A DNA stretch of 61,865 nucleotides, counting the filler, from Callorhinchus milii (taxonomy: Eukaryota), in the NCBI RefSeq assembly GCF_018977255.1. It is 3 parts of 3 records of this genome, joined end to end, with 100 filler letters (N's around TTAATTAATTAA, not from the genome) between each part and the next. Parts side by side here need not be neighbours in the genome. Positions count along the whole stretch, not along the records: positions 1 to 24,297 come from NW_024705000.1; positions 24,398 to 48,665 come from NW_024705001.1; 1 more part is not named here. One strand, given 5' to 3'. The translations under genes were made by a program, and so were the position numbers. Positions 18,201 to 30,344 of this stretch are shown piece after piece (the stretch's first letter is position 1; each line of letters starts with the position of its first letter). The notes under the pieces were generated by a model. It made no database searches. It was not told the DNA's origin and saw nothing but the letters and a program-made list of their open reading frames with translations.

Positions 18201-18684
18201 TTTGTGTGTGTGTGTGTGTGTGTATCCCTGTTGCTGTGCCTGTTAAATGTCCGCCCTGTGTGTTACAGGCGGTCGTTGCTGGCGTTACCGAGGCGCGGAG
18301 TTGGAGGAGGGCTTCCCGGTGAGAGTGAGCGCCATGGGGCTGCCCCGACACCCAGACGCCGCCTTCTACTTCCAACCCCTGGGTCACCTGGTGGTCTTCA
18401 AGCGCTCCAGGTATTACGTGCTGAACGAGGAGACCCTGCGGGTGGAGCAGTACTACCCCCGGCCCCTGCGGGACTGGAAAGGAATCCCCGTGGGCATCAA
18501 CGGGGTCTTTACCTGGAGCGAGCGATGGACCTACTTTATCAAGGACGACGCCTTCTGGAAGTTCGACAACAGCCGGCTCAGAGCCCTGGGCAGCGGGAGG
18601 TGGGCCGAGGAGCTGGCCTGGGCCGGCTGCAACAACAACAACAACAGCAGCAGCACAGCGAGCGCAGACGCCCAGCTCACGTGA
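6526..18684 (+). CDS. MMP28: Matrix metalloproteinase-28 (epilysin), complete, 8 exons, 537 aa
   Basis: Exons 6526-6675, 9300-9379, 11213-11400, 14184-14408, 14801-15046, 16591-16731, 17160-17327, 18269-18684 total 1614 nt in frame. The product has a signal-like N-terminus, AFLEKYGYL, cysteine switch PRCGVKD, furin-type site KRIKR, zinc motif [11 protein letters not shown], Met-turn ALMSP and hemopexin repeats ending in WAGC. Confidence 0.95.
9725..9990 (+). mobile_element. Old DeuSINE (SacSINE1-like) fragment
   Basis: GGAGGTGCTCCCCTTTGGTTGAGATGTTAAACCGA...GGGAGTTTCTCCCAGTGTGCTGGCCAACAAT resembles the Deu core domain as I recall it. Related pieces lie at about 7735-7890 (-), 17900-18065 (-), 22100-22150, 28800-28960 (-) and 55195-55265. 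Confidence 0.55.
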
Positions 18685-19771
18685 ACCCAGGACAACGACA
18701 CCCCACCCCCCACCTCCCTCCAATCCCTCCCCTCACCGCCCCCACCTTCCTTCCGAGACTCAGTGAAACTCAGGGAGGGCGAGAGACCAGTCCGCTGCTT
18801 GTTCGCTCTCGAAGGACTCGACCAAAGATCTTGTTCCTCCGTGTCTCTGGCGTTTTAGAAATCGCCCCGAAACGAAATCGTAAAAGCATCCACACACCCA
18901 CTTTCCAGCAATCGCCCGCGCTCTCTCCCCCACCCCACCCCCCACCCCAACCCACCCCACCTCCATCGTGTCTGTGATGGTGCTAACCCCAACCCTCCCC
19001 ACTGGAGCTCTCTACTCTGATCCCATTCCCTGCCCTTTTCACTTTATCCTTTAATATTATTGTTGATCAAGTATTTATCTGATTTTTTTTATTCTGTTAT
19101 GAACCTGGCTTCAACATGCACTTGTGATAAAGATTCCCCACGCTCTATTAACCCTTGGAGTAAATACAAGAGTATTCAACCTTTCTTTCCAGTGATGTCC
19201 TCGTGTTACAGACCCTCTGACGAAGAGCATCGCACACCGATTGCGTAAAGGGTGCGAATGGAGAGAATTTGAATCATGAAATGGTTAAACGTCTCCTTTC
19301 TATTCCTTCCTCTCTCTCTCTCTCTCTCTTCCCCTCCCACCCCGCAAAAAGAACATTGGGGAAGTTAAGGTTTAATAGAGGGGGAAGAGACAGCCGGGGA
19401 GCGGTGGGAAGCAGAGGCAAGTCTCTCGTTCAGAACGAGTTTGAGGTCTTGAGTTGCTGACACAATGAGGAGTGAGCTGTCAACAGCTTCCTGCTGCCTA
19501 AAGACTTTGCTCACGTCTGAAGTTACTCTTTCTTTTCTGTTCCCATCAGTCAGTCGATTTATTCTCTTCATCTATAATTACCGAGCTGCTGGGCTGTGCC
19601 CTGCGTTCATTCAGAACCAACCTTGGGAGGCACTGGCTGGTGACCAGGGTTACAGAGGCTCTTCAGATCTGAATATTGATGAAGCGCAGTGTTCAGGAGA
19701 GTGTTCTTTCTTAACCCCCCCCACCCGCACGTCCGATATTATACGGTGTTGACCTGACTCAATTGCAGTCT

Positions 19772-20133
19772 GGAGTCCTGTAGCTTAGTGGTTAGCTCGC
19801 AAGCGAGAGGACCTGGGGGTCGATCCCGGGGCAGGACGATACCTTAGGTAAGTTTCCTTACTTTCCTTACTCCACACACACACACCTCTGTTTACGTATC
19901 AGTAAGTAGGAACCTGGGTCTTAGACAATCAGTAGATCACTTTCCGGAGGAAATAATCCATTGCCCATTCCCCCCTACCCCCCACCCCCTACTCAGATAA
20001 ATGGTCACTCAATCCACGACTGTTTGCTGTGATTCAACTGCAAAATGTACAGTCACTCCACTTTACAGAATATCCTGTCGAGTGCTTTAGACGTGTCTCA
20101 ACGACGTTTTACAGCACTATATCAAATGCAAGG
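19772..20133 (+). mobile_element. Representative near-full copy of the abundant tRNA-headed SINE
   Basis: The head is GGAGTCCTGTAGCTTAGTGGTTAG...GGGGTCGATCCC (A/B-box-like), followed by a shared body. The family tail is GTGAAGCGCTTTGAGACGTC...CTATATCAAATGCAAGG(ATT)n. Dozens of full or partial copies occur on both strands, e.g. 5375-5760, 15075-15290, 35230-35480 (-), 39820-40050 (-), 49040-49390 (-), 53060-53420 (-), 57975-58150. Confidence 0.85.
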
Positions 20134-20870
20134 TTGGCTATTAAAAGGTTGCGGGCTCAAGCCCCGGGTTCAGAGAGAGTGAGACGTTTCGAAGTTGCGT
20201 CAATCGTGTGGGACGACCCAATTCGTTGGGTTTCCCATAAGATGTAATTCACAAAACCGTCCACAGGAGGGGACAATTGGGTCATCACAACACACACACA
20301 CTTTCCTCATTGCTCATCTCAGTTTAATATCATCCAAAAGATAGGGTGTCTTCCCCATACCCAGCCCCTCCAGCAGACCACAAGCCTCAGAGAGAGAGCG
20401 AGAGAGGAGGTGGGTAAAAGCAAAATATTACAGTCACTCCACTTTACCGTATATCCCGTGAAGAGCTTTGGGACGTCCCAACGACGAGAGAGCGGAAAGA
20501 GTGAAGATTACAAGATCGCTTCGGGTGACCTGAACCGATCTGGTCTCCACGGAACACCCGCCCTCCCCCATCGCAACGTTGAGCTGGTTTTCTAAATGAG
20601 TCCCAGCGTCTCGGCCTCAACCACCCTTCCCGGGAACTTTGTTCCAGTTGTTAATTACCTGTGCCTGTCCTGAAGTGTCCTGGCCAACAATTCTCCCCCC
20701 CACCACCTCCCGGAATAAAATCGGTCACTCACTCCGTGGCCGTTTGTAGGACATTGCTGTGCGCAAACTGGCTGCAGTGTTTCACCCACAAAACGCACAG
20801 TAACATTATATTCTGTGAAGCGCTATGAGACGTCTCAACGACACGATAAGCCTCTATACCAAATGCAAGG

Positions 20871-20906
<36 letters not shown>

Positions 20907-21328
20907 GGCCCTTTGCAGCTCAAAATCCACGTTCATCTTGTGAACGAATGAATGGAACTCCCAATTAGTGGCTGGAGGGACAAGTTGTGGAAATGTGAAT
21001 CCAATTTCTTTCTCTCTCACTTCTAAATCCGTCCACCTTGCTCTGTCTCCCCCCCCCCCCCCCCCCCCCTCCCACTCCCTGGGCCCCCCACCACCAACCA
21101 CACCCTTGGGTAGTAGACGAGGAACCAATGATCGATGGGAGAGGTTGAGCAAGCAGGAAAGCTCTGGGCAGGCAGGAGTTAAAGAGAAGCCGCTTCTGTC
21201 GCTAGGGAAAGGGATTTGTAGGCAACACAGAGCGAGAGAAAGTTGGTGCACAGTGTCCGGGGAGGGCAAAGGAGTGTTCGATTAGCTCTCCCACAGAGAG
21301 AAAGATAGACCTCCTTCTTCAGAAACTA

Positions 21329-21362
<34 letters not shown>

Positions 21363-21574
21363 CCCCCCCACCCACCCCCCAAAAAAAGTTGCAGGGAAGC
21401 AAGGAGGGAGAGGGGTTGGAGTTGGAAGAATTGAGGGATGGAAAGAGGCAGCGATTGAAGTCGCTTTAACAACAAATTGCGGAGAGGGGGAGGAAGGAGG
21501 GGGTTGGTTTCAGGTGGAGGAATGTAGCTAAAGGTGTGTCCATTTCATGGGTTGACACCGAGTTTGCAGGTGGA

Positions 21575-24158
21575 ATGGCCAGCACCTCTAACATTCAATC
21601 GGCCAGTAACAAAAGCATCCGTCCCTTTAAATCTGGCGAGCAGTACCTGTATGCGATGAAGGAGGACTTGGCCGAGTGGTTGAAGGAGATCTACAGCCTG
21701 GAGATAGGGCTGGACACCTTCATGGAGGTTCTGGAGACCGGCTCGGTGCTTTGCCAGCACGCCAACAACGTGAGCAAAGTAGCTCAGCAACTCGCCTCCC
21801 AAGACAACCCAAATCTCCTCTCCATCTCCGTCTCCCAAGCCAGGCTGCCCAGGGCTCAGGTCACCTACGCCCCAAATGCCCAGCCTGGCACCTTCCTGGC
21901 CAGGGACAATGTGTCCAACTTCATCCATTGGTGTAGGAAAGAGCTGGAAATCAAAGGTAAATAACAACTCCCCACCCCATCCCCACCCGTTTGCTGCTGG
22001 TTATAGCCTTGGTTTGTGATGGGACCTCAGTTTTGAGTGGTTAGCTCATGGTCACTGGCTGTTGTTCCTGTGCAGCGCTGGGGGTAGTGGGGTATGTTGG
22101 GAGGAACGCTGCTGTGCCTCGGGTGCCGTCCTTCGGATGAGATGTTAAACACGATTAGTCTAGGAGTAGTCTTCTCCCTTGAGACATTGCTTAATTGTTT
22201 TTTTTTAGTCCTGTATCCCTTTCCTCTCCCACCCTTTCCTCCTCTACTGACCTAGTACTGAGACCCCCAGACACCAGGGGGTTGGACCCTGGGAACCTCT
22301 GTGACCCCACTTCTCATTGAGCTATTGGGAGAGCGAGGTTTGGGCCGATTCCAAACCGAGGCTCCGTGGATACAACAACAACAACTTGCATTTATAGAGC
22401 GCCCCTCACATAGGGCAGCGTCCTGGAGCGCTTGACAGTGGTGGAGCACAACACTCTGAGGAACAGCATCCCGACCGAGTTTCACATTTGCCTTCGTTTT
22501 AAGCCAACGGAGGGAGGAAAGGAAACGCAAAGTAACTACACGCCGGAATGTTTCACCTCGATAGCGGGGAAATGACTATAATCCATCAACCGGGACACGG
22601 TAATTGAGGCTTTGGCATCAGCAGATCAGGCAGAGTCAACATGGGTTTGTGAAATGTGGGTCATGTCCAAGTAGAGTAATAGGGTTCATTGACAGGGCAT
22701 TGGCTCTGTGTGTGTGGGTGTGGAGGATTAGTGGATGGCATCTGTGTTGTCTTTCAGAAGCGTTCAATGAGGTTTTGCCTCAAGAGATCCATCACCCGGA
22801 GTGACACGATGGGCTGAACGGCCTTCTTCTGTGTCGTAAACGTTGATTTCTTAAGAGGGGATGGGAAGTGAATGTCAGGGCCGTTTTACAACGCTCCGAG
22901 ATGCTGCCCCGGGTGAAGGGTGCTATGTAAATGCAAGTTATTGTTGCTGTCGTAGAACTCTTTATCATAATAATAATAATAATCCTTGCATTTGATATGG
23001 CTCCTTATCATGTCTTCGCGACGTCCCAAAGCTTCGCAGACTATAAAGTGAATTGACTGTATATTTTGTGGGTGGTTCAGGGGCAGAGTGGACACTGATC
23101 TATTTCTTGTTGAATCCTCTCCCCCCCCCCACCCCCTCCCTCTCCCCACCCCCCGCCTCCCGTTGCTTTTGGGGGGAGGCAGACGTTCATCAGAACAATT
23201 CCCTGCCCAACATTGACCTCAATGCCATGGGCTGGGTGGGAGCAAGAAACTTCACGGAAGTTTTCACGGAACTTCGCGGAATATACCGTAAAGCGGGTTG
23301 ACTGTGTATTTTGGGGGCCAAACGGGGTTATTATCAGGGATAATACGAGACGGGTGACCTCCACTGACTCCTCTGCCCAGATGTGCTGATGTTCGAGACG
23401 GACGACCTCGTGCTGAGGAAGAACGAGAAGAACTTCGTGCTGTGCCTGCTGGAGGTGGCGAGGAGAGCCTCCAGATTCGGGATGCCGGCCCCCATCCTCA
23501 TCCAGATGGAGGAGGAGATCGAGGAAGAGCTGCGCGAGGCGATGGACCCCCCCTTCCAGCAAACCCCCCCCAAACCCAAGCCCCAGAGGCAGCTCTGCGA
23601 CTTCAAAAATCTGGACGAGATGGTGAGCGTAAGGCGGAGTTGTTGTCGTCGGCGTCGTCGTTGATGATGATGATGGTGATGATGTTGATGTTCTTCACCC
23701 CAGGTCCGCTGTCTGGTGAGCCGCTGCACCTGCCCGGAGCAGTTCCCGATGATCAGGGTCTCCGAGGGCAAGTACAGGGTGGGCGATTCCAGCACCCTGA
23801 TATTCGTGCGGGTGAGTGGCTGATGGAGGTGGGGGGGTATGTGGGGGGGGGGGGGAGAGAGAGTGCCAGCAGTGTGTTGGGGTGCGGGGGGGCAGTGAGG
23901 GTAGTGTATTGGGGCGGAATGAGGGTAGCGTGTTGGTAGGGTGACGGTTGTATGTTGGTTGCGGGGGGGGGGGGTGGTGGTGGTGGTGGTGGGGGGTGGT
24001 GGGGTGGGGGGAGGTGGTGGGGGGTGTGATGGCGTGTGGCTCAGTTGTGTTTGTTTGGCAGATTCTTCGGAATCACGTGATGGTGCGAGTGGGTGGGGGC
24101 TGGGACACGTTGGAGCATTACCTGGACAAACACGACCCCTGTCGCTGCACCTCACTCA
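21575..24158 (+). CDS. GAS2L2: GAS2-like protein 2, coding exons 1-4; truncated by the scaffold end
   Basis: Exons 21575-21956, 23381-23622, 23704-23811, 24062-24158. They encode a calponin-homology domain ([23 protein letters not shown]...[15 protein letters not shown]...[16 protein letters not shown]) and a GAR domain ([58 protein letters not shown]). The gene is adjacent to MMP28, as in human. Confidence 0.88.
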
Positions 24159-24297
24159 GTAAGTGTTGTGTGGGGGGGTGGGGAGGGGAGAGAGTGGGGG
24201 GGGGGGTTGTGGTGGTCGTGGCGGGGAAATCGGTGGCGATTCTGGGGGAGCGTTGGGGAGGGAAATGGGGAGTGTGGGGTGAGTGTGAGGCGGAGTG

Positions 24298-24397
24298 NNN
24301 NNNNNNNNNNNNNNNNNNNNNNNNNNNNNNNNNNNNNNNNNTTAATTAATTAANNNNNNNNNNNNNNNNNNNNNNNNNNNNNNNNNNNNNNNNNNNN
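24298..24397. other. Artificial scaffold-joining linker
   Basis: 44 N + TTAATTAATTAA (24342-24353, stop codons in all six frames) + 44 N. It is identical to the linker at 48666-48765. Confidence 0.95.
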
Positions 24398-24609
24398 CTC
24401 CCCATCTCTCTCTGTGTAACTGCTGCCGCCGCCATTGCCCTTTGTCTCTGTCTCTCTCTCTCTCTCGAGCTGCCGCCCACGGTCTCCGGGCACCTGACGC
24501 CATGACGCTTTCAGGCTGCGCTCGATCCGACGTCAGCACGTCCATTCGTCTTGGTGTACGTGTGTGTGTGCAGGTGTGACAGCACGTACAGCACCGCCAC
24601 CCAGTGCTC

Positions 24610-24700
24610 GCCGCCATTTTGTACGGCGCCGGATAACCAGCGCTGACTGCCATGTTGTACGGCGCCGCAAACCCACCGCTGACCGCCATGTTGTACGGCA
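24610..24700. repeat. Three ~33-bp CpG-rich tandem units
   Basis: The core GCCAT(T/G)TTGTACGGC occurs three times at about 33-nt spacing. Confidence 0.75.
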
Positions 24701-24821
24701 CAGCTTCTCGGCTGTGTGGCTCTCAATCTCTTTCTCTCTCTCACCTTGAGTGCCTCCAACCATTTTAGTATCTCCACTCGCTACATTCATTTCTTAATCT
24801 GTTGCGAGGCGCCTATTATAC

Positions 24822-26900
24822 AATGACAACAAAATGATATATATAGAAGCCTTTTAGGATGGGAGGACGTCCCACAGCGCTGAATATTCAGGTGTCGGGG
24901 ACCGAGCAGGGGGGCGGGGTGGGGGTGCGGATTTGGTTAGGACGGAGGGTTGGGGGTGAAGGGTGGGGGGACGGATCCTATAGAGTTGGGGCTGAGGGTG
25001 ATAGGTGGAGGGTGGGGTTTGTGTCGGGATGCTTGTGAGGGGTGGAGAAGCGGTGGTATAGGGGTGGGGGAGTCGTGATGTAGGGCTTAGGGAAGGCAGT
25101 GAGCTGGGAAGGGGACCAAAGGCACGTTCGAACAGAAGGGTTTAAATATGGGCTTTCAAGGAGGATGCGAGGAGAAGGGACCGTGGCATGGAGTTTCAGA
25201 GTGTGGGCCAGAGAGGCTGAAAGCTCGTCCGCAGATAATAGGGCGGATCGGGCGGGAGACATGAAGCGAACCGGAGCCTGAAAAACGGAGAGAGCGGTCC
25301 AGTTGGTAGAGAGTCAGGATATCAGCGAAGTAGGAGGAAACAAGGCCACGGATGGCTTCAAGGTGACGACGAGTAACTTGAACTCGATCCTCTGGGGGAC
25401 GTGGAGCCAGTGTAGTCGGGCGAGGCTGGCAGTGATGGGGTCAAGGAGCCAGGTGCGCGAAAATACACGAGCTGCATAGTTTGGGGTGATCTGCAGCTTG
25501 TGAAGGGAAGAGTTGGGAATGCCGACGAGGAGCGAGTTCTCGTGATCAGGCCTTGAGTTGACGATTACGTGGTTGAGGGTTTCGGCAGCCTGAGGGGTGA
25601 GACAATGGCGGAGTCTGCCAATATTGTGAAGGTGGTGTCAGGCAGTGCCGATAAATGCGCGGATGTGGGAGAAAAAGGACACTTCAGGGTCAAGCAAGAT
25701 GCCCAGGTTCCTGACTGGCTGAGTGAGGTTGAGTGTGCAGCCGTGGAGGCTGATGATGCCAGGGACTGAGAAGCGGAGGCGATGGCGCGAAGCAATCAGG
25801 AGGATCCTGGTCTTGCTGATGTTGAGATGGAGAAAGTTGGCCCTCGTACAGGACTTGATGTCTGACAGGCAGTCGGTCAGGATGCCAGTGGTTCTGGAGA
25901 TCAGCGTGTTTTCAGAGAAGTAGAGTTGGGTGTCATCCGCATACACGTGGTTATTTACCCCATTTCTGCGGATGACGCCACCAAGAGCGAGCGTGCAGAG
26001 GGTGAAAAAGAGGGGACAGAGGACAGAGCTCTGGGGAACACCGCAACAGACAATGCAGGGGCTGGAAGAGAAATTGTTTGCCACCACGAAGTGGAGGGGG
26101 TTTGAAGGATCGGAGATGAACCAGTCAAGAACAGAAGCTTGAAAGTTGAGGTAGGACTAGAGGCGATGGTGGAGTATTGAATGGTCCACTGAGTCAAACG
26201 CGACGGAGAGGTCCAGTTTGACGGGGAGGCAGAAGGAGCCCTGGTCACACACTGTCAGGATGTCGTTTGCGATCTTGTCCAGAGCAGATTCCGAAACCCG
26301 ATTGGAGGGGATCACGGGGGAGTGAGAGGAGAGCAAATAGCGAAGCTCGGAAGCAGCGGGTCTATCAAGCTCCTTGGATAGAAAGGGAAGACTTGAGATG
26401 GGCCAGTGGCTGAATAGCTGTGATGCGTCGAGGGAAAATTTCTTGAAATTGTGTGTGACAGTGGCTGTTTTGAGGGGGGAAAGGAACATTGCAAGGTGAC
26501 AGGGAGAGGTTAATGATGTCGGCGAGTAGTGCGACAAGAGGAGGGGAATGGATGGGGTCGAGAGAGCAGGTGGTGGACTTCATGGAGGTTACCCTGTTGA
26601 AGACAGAGAAGCTTGTGACAGGATCAAAGGTGCGGAAGGAGGGACGGGTAATTATCTAAAGGGTAATTGTGTGGGGTGGCGTGGGGAGGGTTTGGAAATT
26701 GGGAAGGCAGTGGCAGCTCAGCGGATTCCCTTGATTTTGGACTCGAGGTTCTCAAGCATTTCCTCGCAGTGAGAGTCAGAGGAAAGTGTCTGCGAGGCGT
26801 GTAGAGGTTGGTGAAGGTGCCGGTCAGTGGTGTAGCATAGGAGCCTTGATTGCCCTTCGCCGGTACGATTAGCCTCAGAGAAGCAGCTCGTGAGCAGGAG
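24822..26900 (-). mobile_element. L2-clade LINE, 5'-truncated, degraded reverse transcriptase
   Basis: Broken frames encode MKSTTCSLDPI, LDLSVAFDSVDHSILHHRL, GVPQSSVL and YADDTQLY. The 3' tail CAGCGCTGTGGGACGTCCTCCC...TTGTTG lies near 24825-24885. Confidence 0.85.
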
Positions 26901-27655
26901 CGGCGTAAATGTTTGAGGGGAGAATGCATGACACAGAACAGCAAAACGGAAGCAGAAGGTACAAAAAAAAGGCAGATAAGAGACATGAACATAAGGACTC
27001 ACCACCATGTCCAACTGGGTTGCCCAGTGATCAAAGTGGTGGGTTCAGCATGAAAGTTCCATAGGTAGTTCCACCTGCGGCACATAAGCGGCCAATTGAA
27101 TGTTTCAATCCTTTCAGTAAATTCTGCAAAAGCGACACCAAGACTATCTGCAACAAATCCATCCAACACATGATTATTGAACACATTGAATGGCGTGGGT
27201 GACCTTGCCTACAACCTCTTTCAAGGAGGAGGAATTCAACGAGTCCACTCTCGATCTTTGCTCGGATCTTGGAGCTAAAATAAACATTATGGATAGAAAT
27301 TTTACCAGACTTAGCCAGGTTGGAGTTGAATTTTTCTTGATACTCACTTTCGTCTTGCGGTCATGAAGAGGCTTTGGATCGAAAGCTTGCAGAAGACGAG
27401 GAACTTAACTTAGATATATTTACAATTTGATAGAAAGCAACAATCTCTCCCAAATATTCCTAAACTGAACAGAAGAAAATCCTCAACAGGACAGCAGAAA
27501 GCAACAAAGAAATTTCATATAGCGCTGAATGGCTTGGCAGAGCTTAGTATCTCGAATTGCTTTGATGAGAAACCTCTGACCACTGAACTTGTCCCGACTA
27601 TGTACGAATGAAACACAGCAAACACAGCATTCTTTCTTTGATAAACATGATGTAT

Positions 27656-29922
27656 TTATTTGCAATGAATCAGAGTAAAAGGGTATTTGAACACATACTT
27701 CAGATCCTCTCTAAACTTTGTCTGGGTCACCGCATAGATAAACGTGTTTGTACAGGAACTCAAAAGCTTAAGCATAAATCCCGTCTGTTGGAGGACATAT
27801 CGATAGCTGTTGACTTGTAATTGATAATTATAATTTGTAATTGTCCATTTCAATGTATAGATAATGTTCGTCATCCATAAGAGTATAAAACTTGCTGATA
27901 TACCGAAGAGTAAAATAATGGATTTTCTTCGCTTTTCCATTTCTGGATCATTCTGTTTGTTCCAATTGTTATTGATCCGGATTCTCCGGCGTGTCCTGCT
28001 GGCTAATAAAATGTGTCTGATGGTCAGAGCATTGAAGAGGGAAATTAAAAGAAATACAACCAGAGGAGTGAAAACTCTGTTGAACCATGCAAACACTCTC
28101 CATATTGGCAATGTAGAATAGCTTGGTTTTCCAAGGCAGTAAAATGGAAAATTGTTAATGATCACCATAGGAGTAAATACAAAATACCATGGAATACTTT
28201 GTGCACAGTTTAGCAAAGTCAATGTTATAATAATATAAATAGCGGAATTCACAGTGCAATATGTAGTTTTCAACTTCTGATGACAAATAGCCACAAAACG
28301 ATCGAAAGTGAAAGCAACTGTAAACCAGACTGAACATTTTGTGGCTAAAGCCACCAAAACAACTCTGATACTGCACACGGGAGTGTAAGATAAGAAACTA
28401 ATCGGGAAATAAAAATTATTAATGCGATTGAATATTACATCAGTGATAATGACCATCAGATCTGCCGCTGCCACGCATACCAAGTAAAGAGTGACGCCTT
28501 TGGAGAGACCGCAATTTCCCCGGGCGAGGATCAGAATCGCCAACAAGTTAACTGGGAAGAAAGTAAGAAAAGCGAGATAATAATCAGAATCCATATAGTG
28601 TATCTGGCAAAGGGACTTCGAATATGTAAGTTTGGTTTCGTCGAGAATGAGTATCTTTGATGGCGAATTAGGTAGTTAATTTTGGACAGCAATGTCCCCA
28701 GAGAAGCAAAGAATCAATTGGCGAATTTTCTTTGTGTGATTGTTTGCCAGAACATCGGGTAAAGTGTCACTCTCTGTTCAAAGTGTTGTTGTTTTTTTAA
28801 AGTCAACCCGACCAGCCGAATAGTACCTCTGTCTCATCGGAAGGAAGGCATATCCATCAATGCAAAGCATTTCCAATAACACACTTCTGTGTCAGCCTAG
28901 ACTGTTGCATGTTACAGTACTGGAGGGTACTGCTTGGCGCTGAACAGCTTCCAAGTTGACATGCATCGCAAATTAGTGTCGGAAACGGGCCAGTTACAAT
29001 ATCATAGATGAGGTACTTCAGATAAAATTTTCAACCGAGTTACCATGATCTGACGGACAGCATCTCTAAAAATGTACCTCTTCTCAGCATTGCAATGTGA
29101 ACCTCGATTGTGAGTTCAATGTACCAAAATGGAGCTTAAACTGAGAGTCTTGCCTGTCGGGTGTCTGAAACATTCAGAAATCCAATTAAGAGTTCATCGT
29201 ATGTATGCCGAATACACATGGAAATTTCCATGTGCCTCGAATACAAAGAAAAACCTCTCCTTCGATATTTGTATCCTGTTTTCCAAACACTCAAGTTTAC
29301 TCTGCGCAGAATGGGGAGCTGCTGGCAGAGGGTCAAGATTTGCTGATCTCAGTCATCTTATGCAATGTGGGCGTTGCTGGAAACTAAGCAACTAAATACA
29401 GGATCGATGGCAATTAAATATACTGTCCGGTATGCTTTGCTGCTCCTTCTCTATCTCGCAACAACCTCGGAGTTAGCGATTCGGCTTTCAGGGGAAACAT
29501 TTGCAGAGAGAGTCAATCCCTATTCGCTCCAGGTCGTACTGATGAGCCAGTCGGACTCACCTTATTTACCGTGAGCAATATTCTGATGCACTATAACTCT
29601 GACTTCCGACTCACAAACCTGGCTCAGCAACCAATATCGACACATCCAGTGGATTGACTGGGTTGGGAAATTCGTTTGCCAACTATTTCTTCATGGAACC
29701 AGTTCAGTTCCAAGGAGACAACAGTTAACTTCACCCTCCACCCGCCGTGAATGTTTTAGTAAATTCACTGAGCCAGACAGAATGACAATTAACAGAATAC
29801 ACAGTGAGTCAAGGAGTTTCATAATAATTCTTATGTCAAAATATCTTACCAGGAACTCCAACGGTTGCAAGAATGGGGCAGTAAATAACTTCCACGTCAT
29901 AAATGGTTAAATATACAACGAT
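27656..29922 (-). CDS. Class A GPCR of the GPR139/GPR142-like family, two exons, start codon uncertain
   Basis: Exon 2 (28551-27656) follows a TTCTTCCCAG acceptor and is open: NLLAILILARGNCGLSK...AAADLMV...VAFTFDRFVAIC...DPEMEKRRKSIILLF...SSCTNTFIYAVTQTKFRE. Exon 1 ends at 29850 with a GTAAG donor in the matching phase and encodes LTIYDVEVIYCPILATVGVP (start of TM1). No in-frame ATG lies between the upstream TAA (29925-29923) and the donor. Confidence 0.8.
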
Positions 29923-30344
29923 TTACAGCAGACAAGCCCCCGTGCGTGGTTTGTGCAGGATGGCTTCTATGAACGGAATGAATTGGCAAAATAAAATAAC
30001 TTTATAATAACGGCAAGCCTCCTGGGAAGAATCAATTGGTATCATCAGCGATGTTACTTTACATTCATTGAACATATGTATTGCATGAAAAACAACTCTC
30101 TGATAGCACAATATTCTCAGACATTGCTTACTTCGTGTTACAATTTATACCTGTAAATTTATTTTTGCCTGTTGCAACATTGAGATTGAAGTTTGCTGAC
30201 AATTGCATCTCTTTTATTTAAATTGGATTCTTCTCTGAATATCAGTGTAGATTCACGTTTTCAAAAGCAGAGAGAGCGAAATGTGGCTGGTTAGTTGGGG
30301 TCGACAGAGGGAGAGAGAGAGAGAAAGAGAGAGAGAGAGTATGT

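Noticed and set aside
18629..18660. Poly-Asn/Ser tail of MMP28 as a new domain
   Set aside because: It is a short (AAC)n/(AGC)n slippage after the terminal hemopexin Cys, with nothing to suggest function.
24342..24353. TTAATTAATTAA as a homeodomain site or biological palindrome
   Set aside because: It sits centred in N runs twice with identical geometry, so it is a synthetic linker.
26999..27184. Possible orphan minus-strand exon ending in a GTGAGT donor
   Set aside because: No frame gives a recognisable protein, and I found no partner exons.
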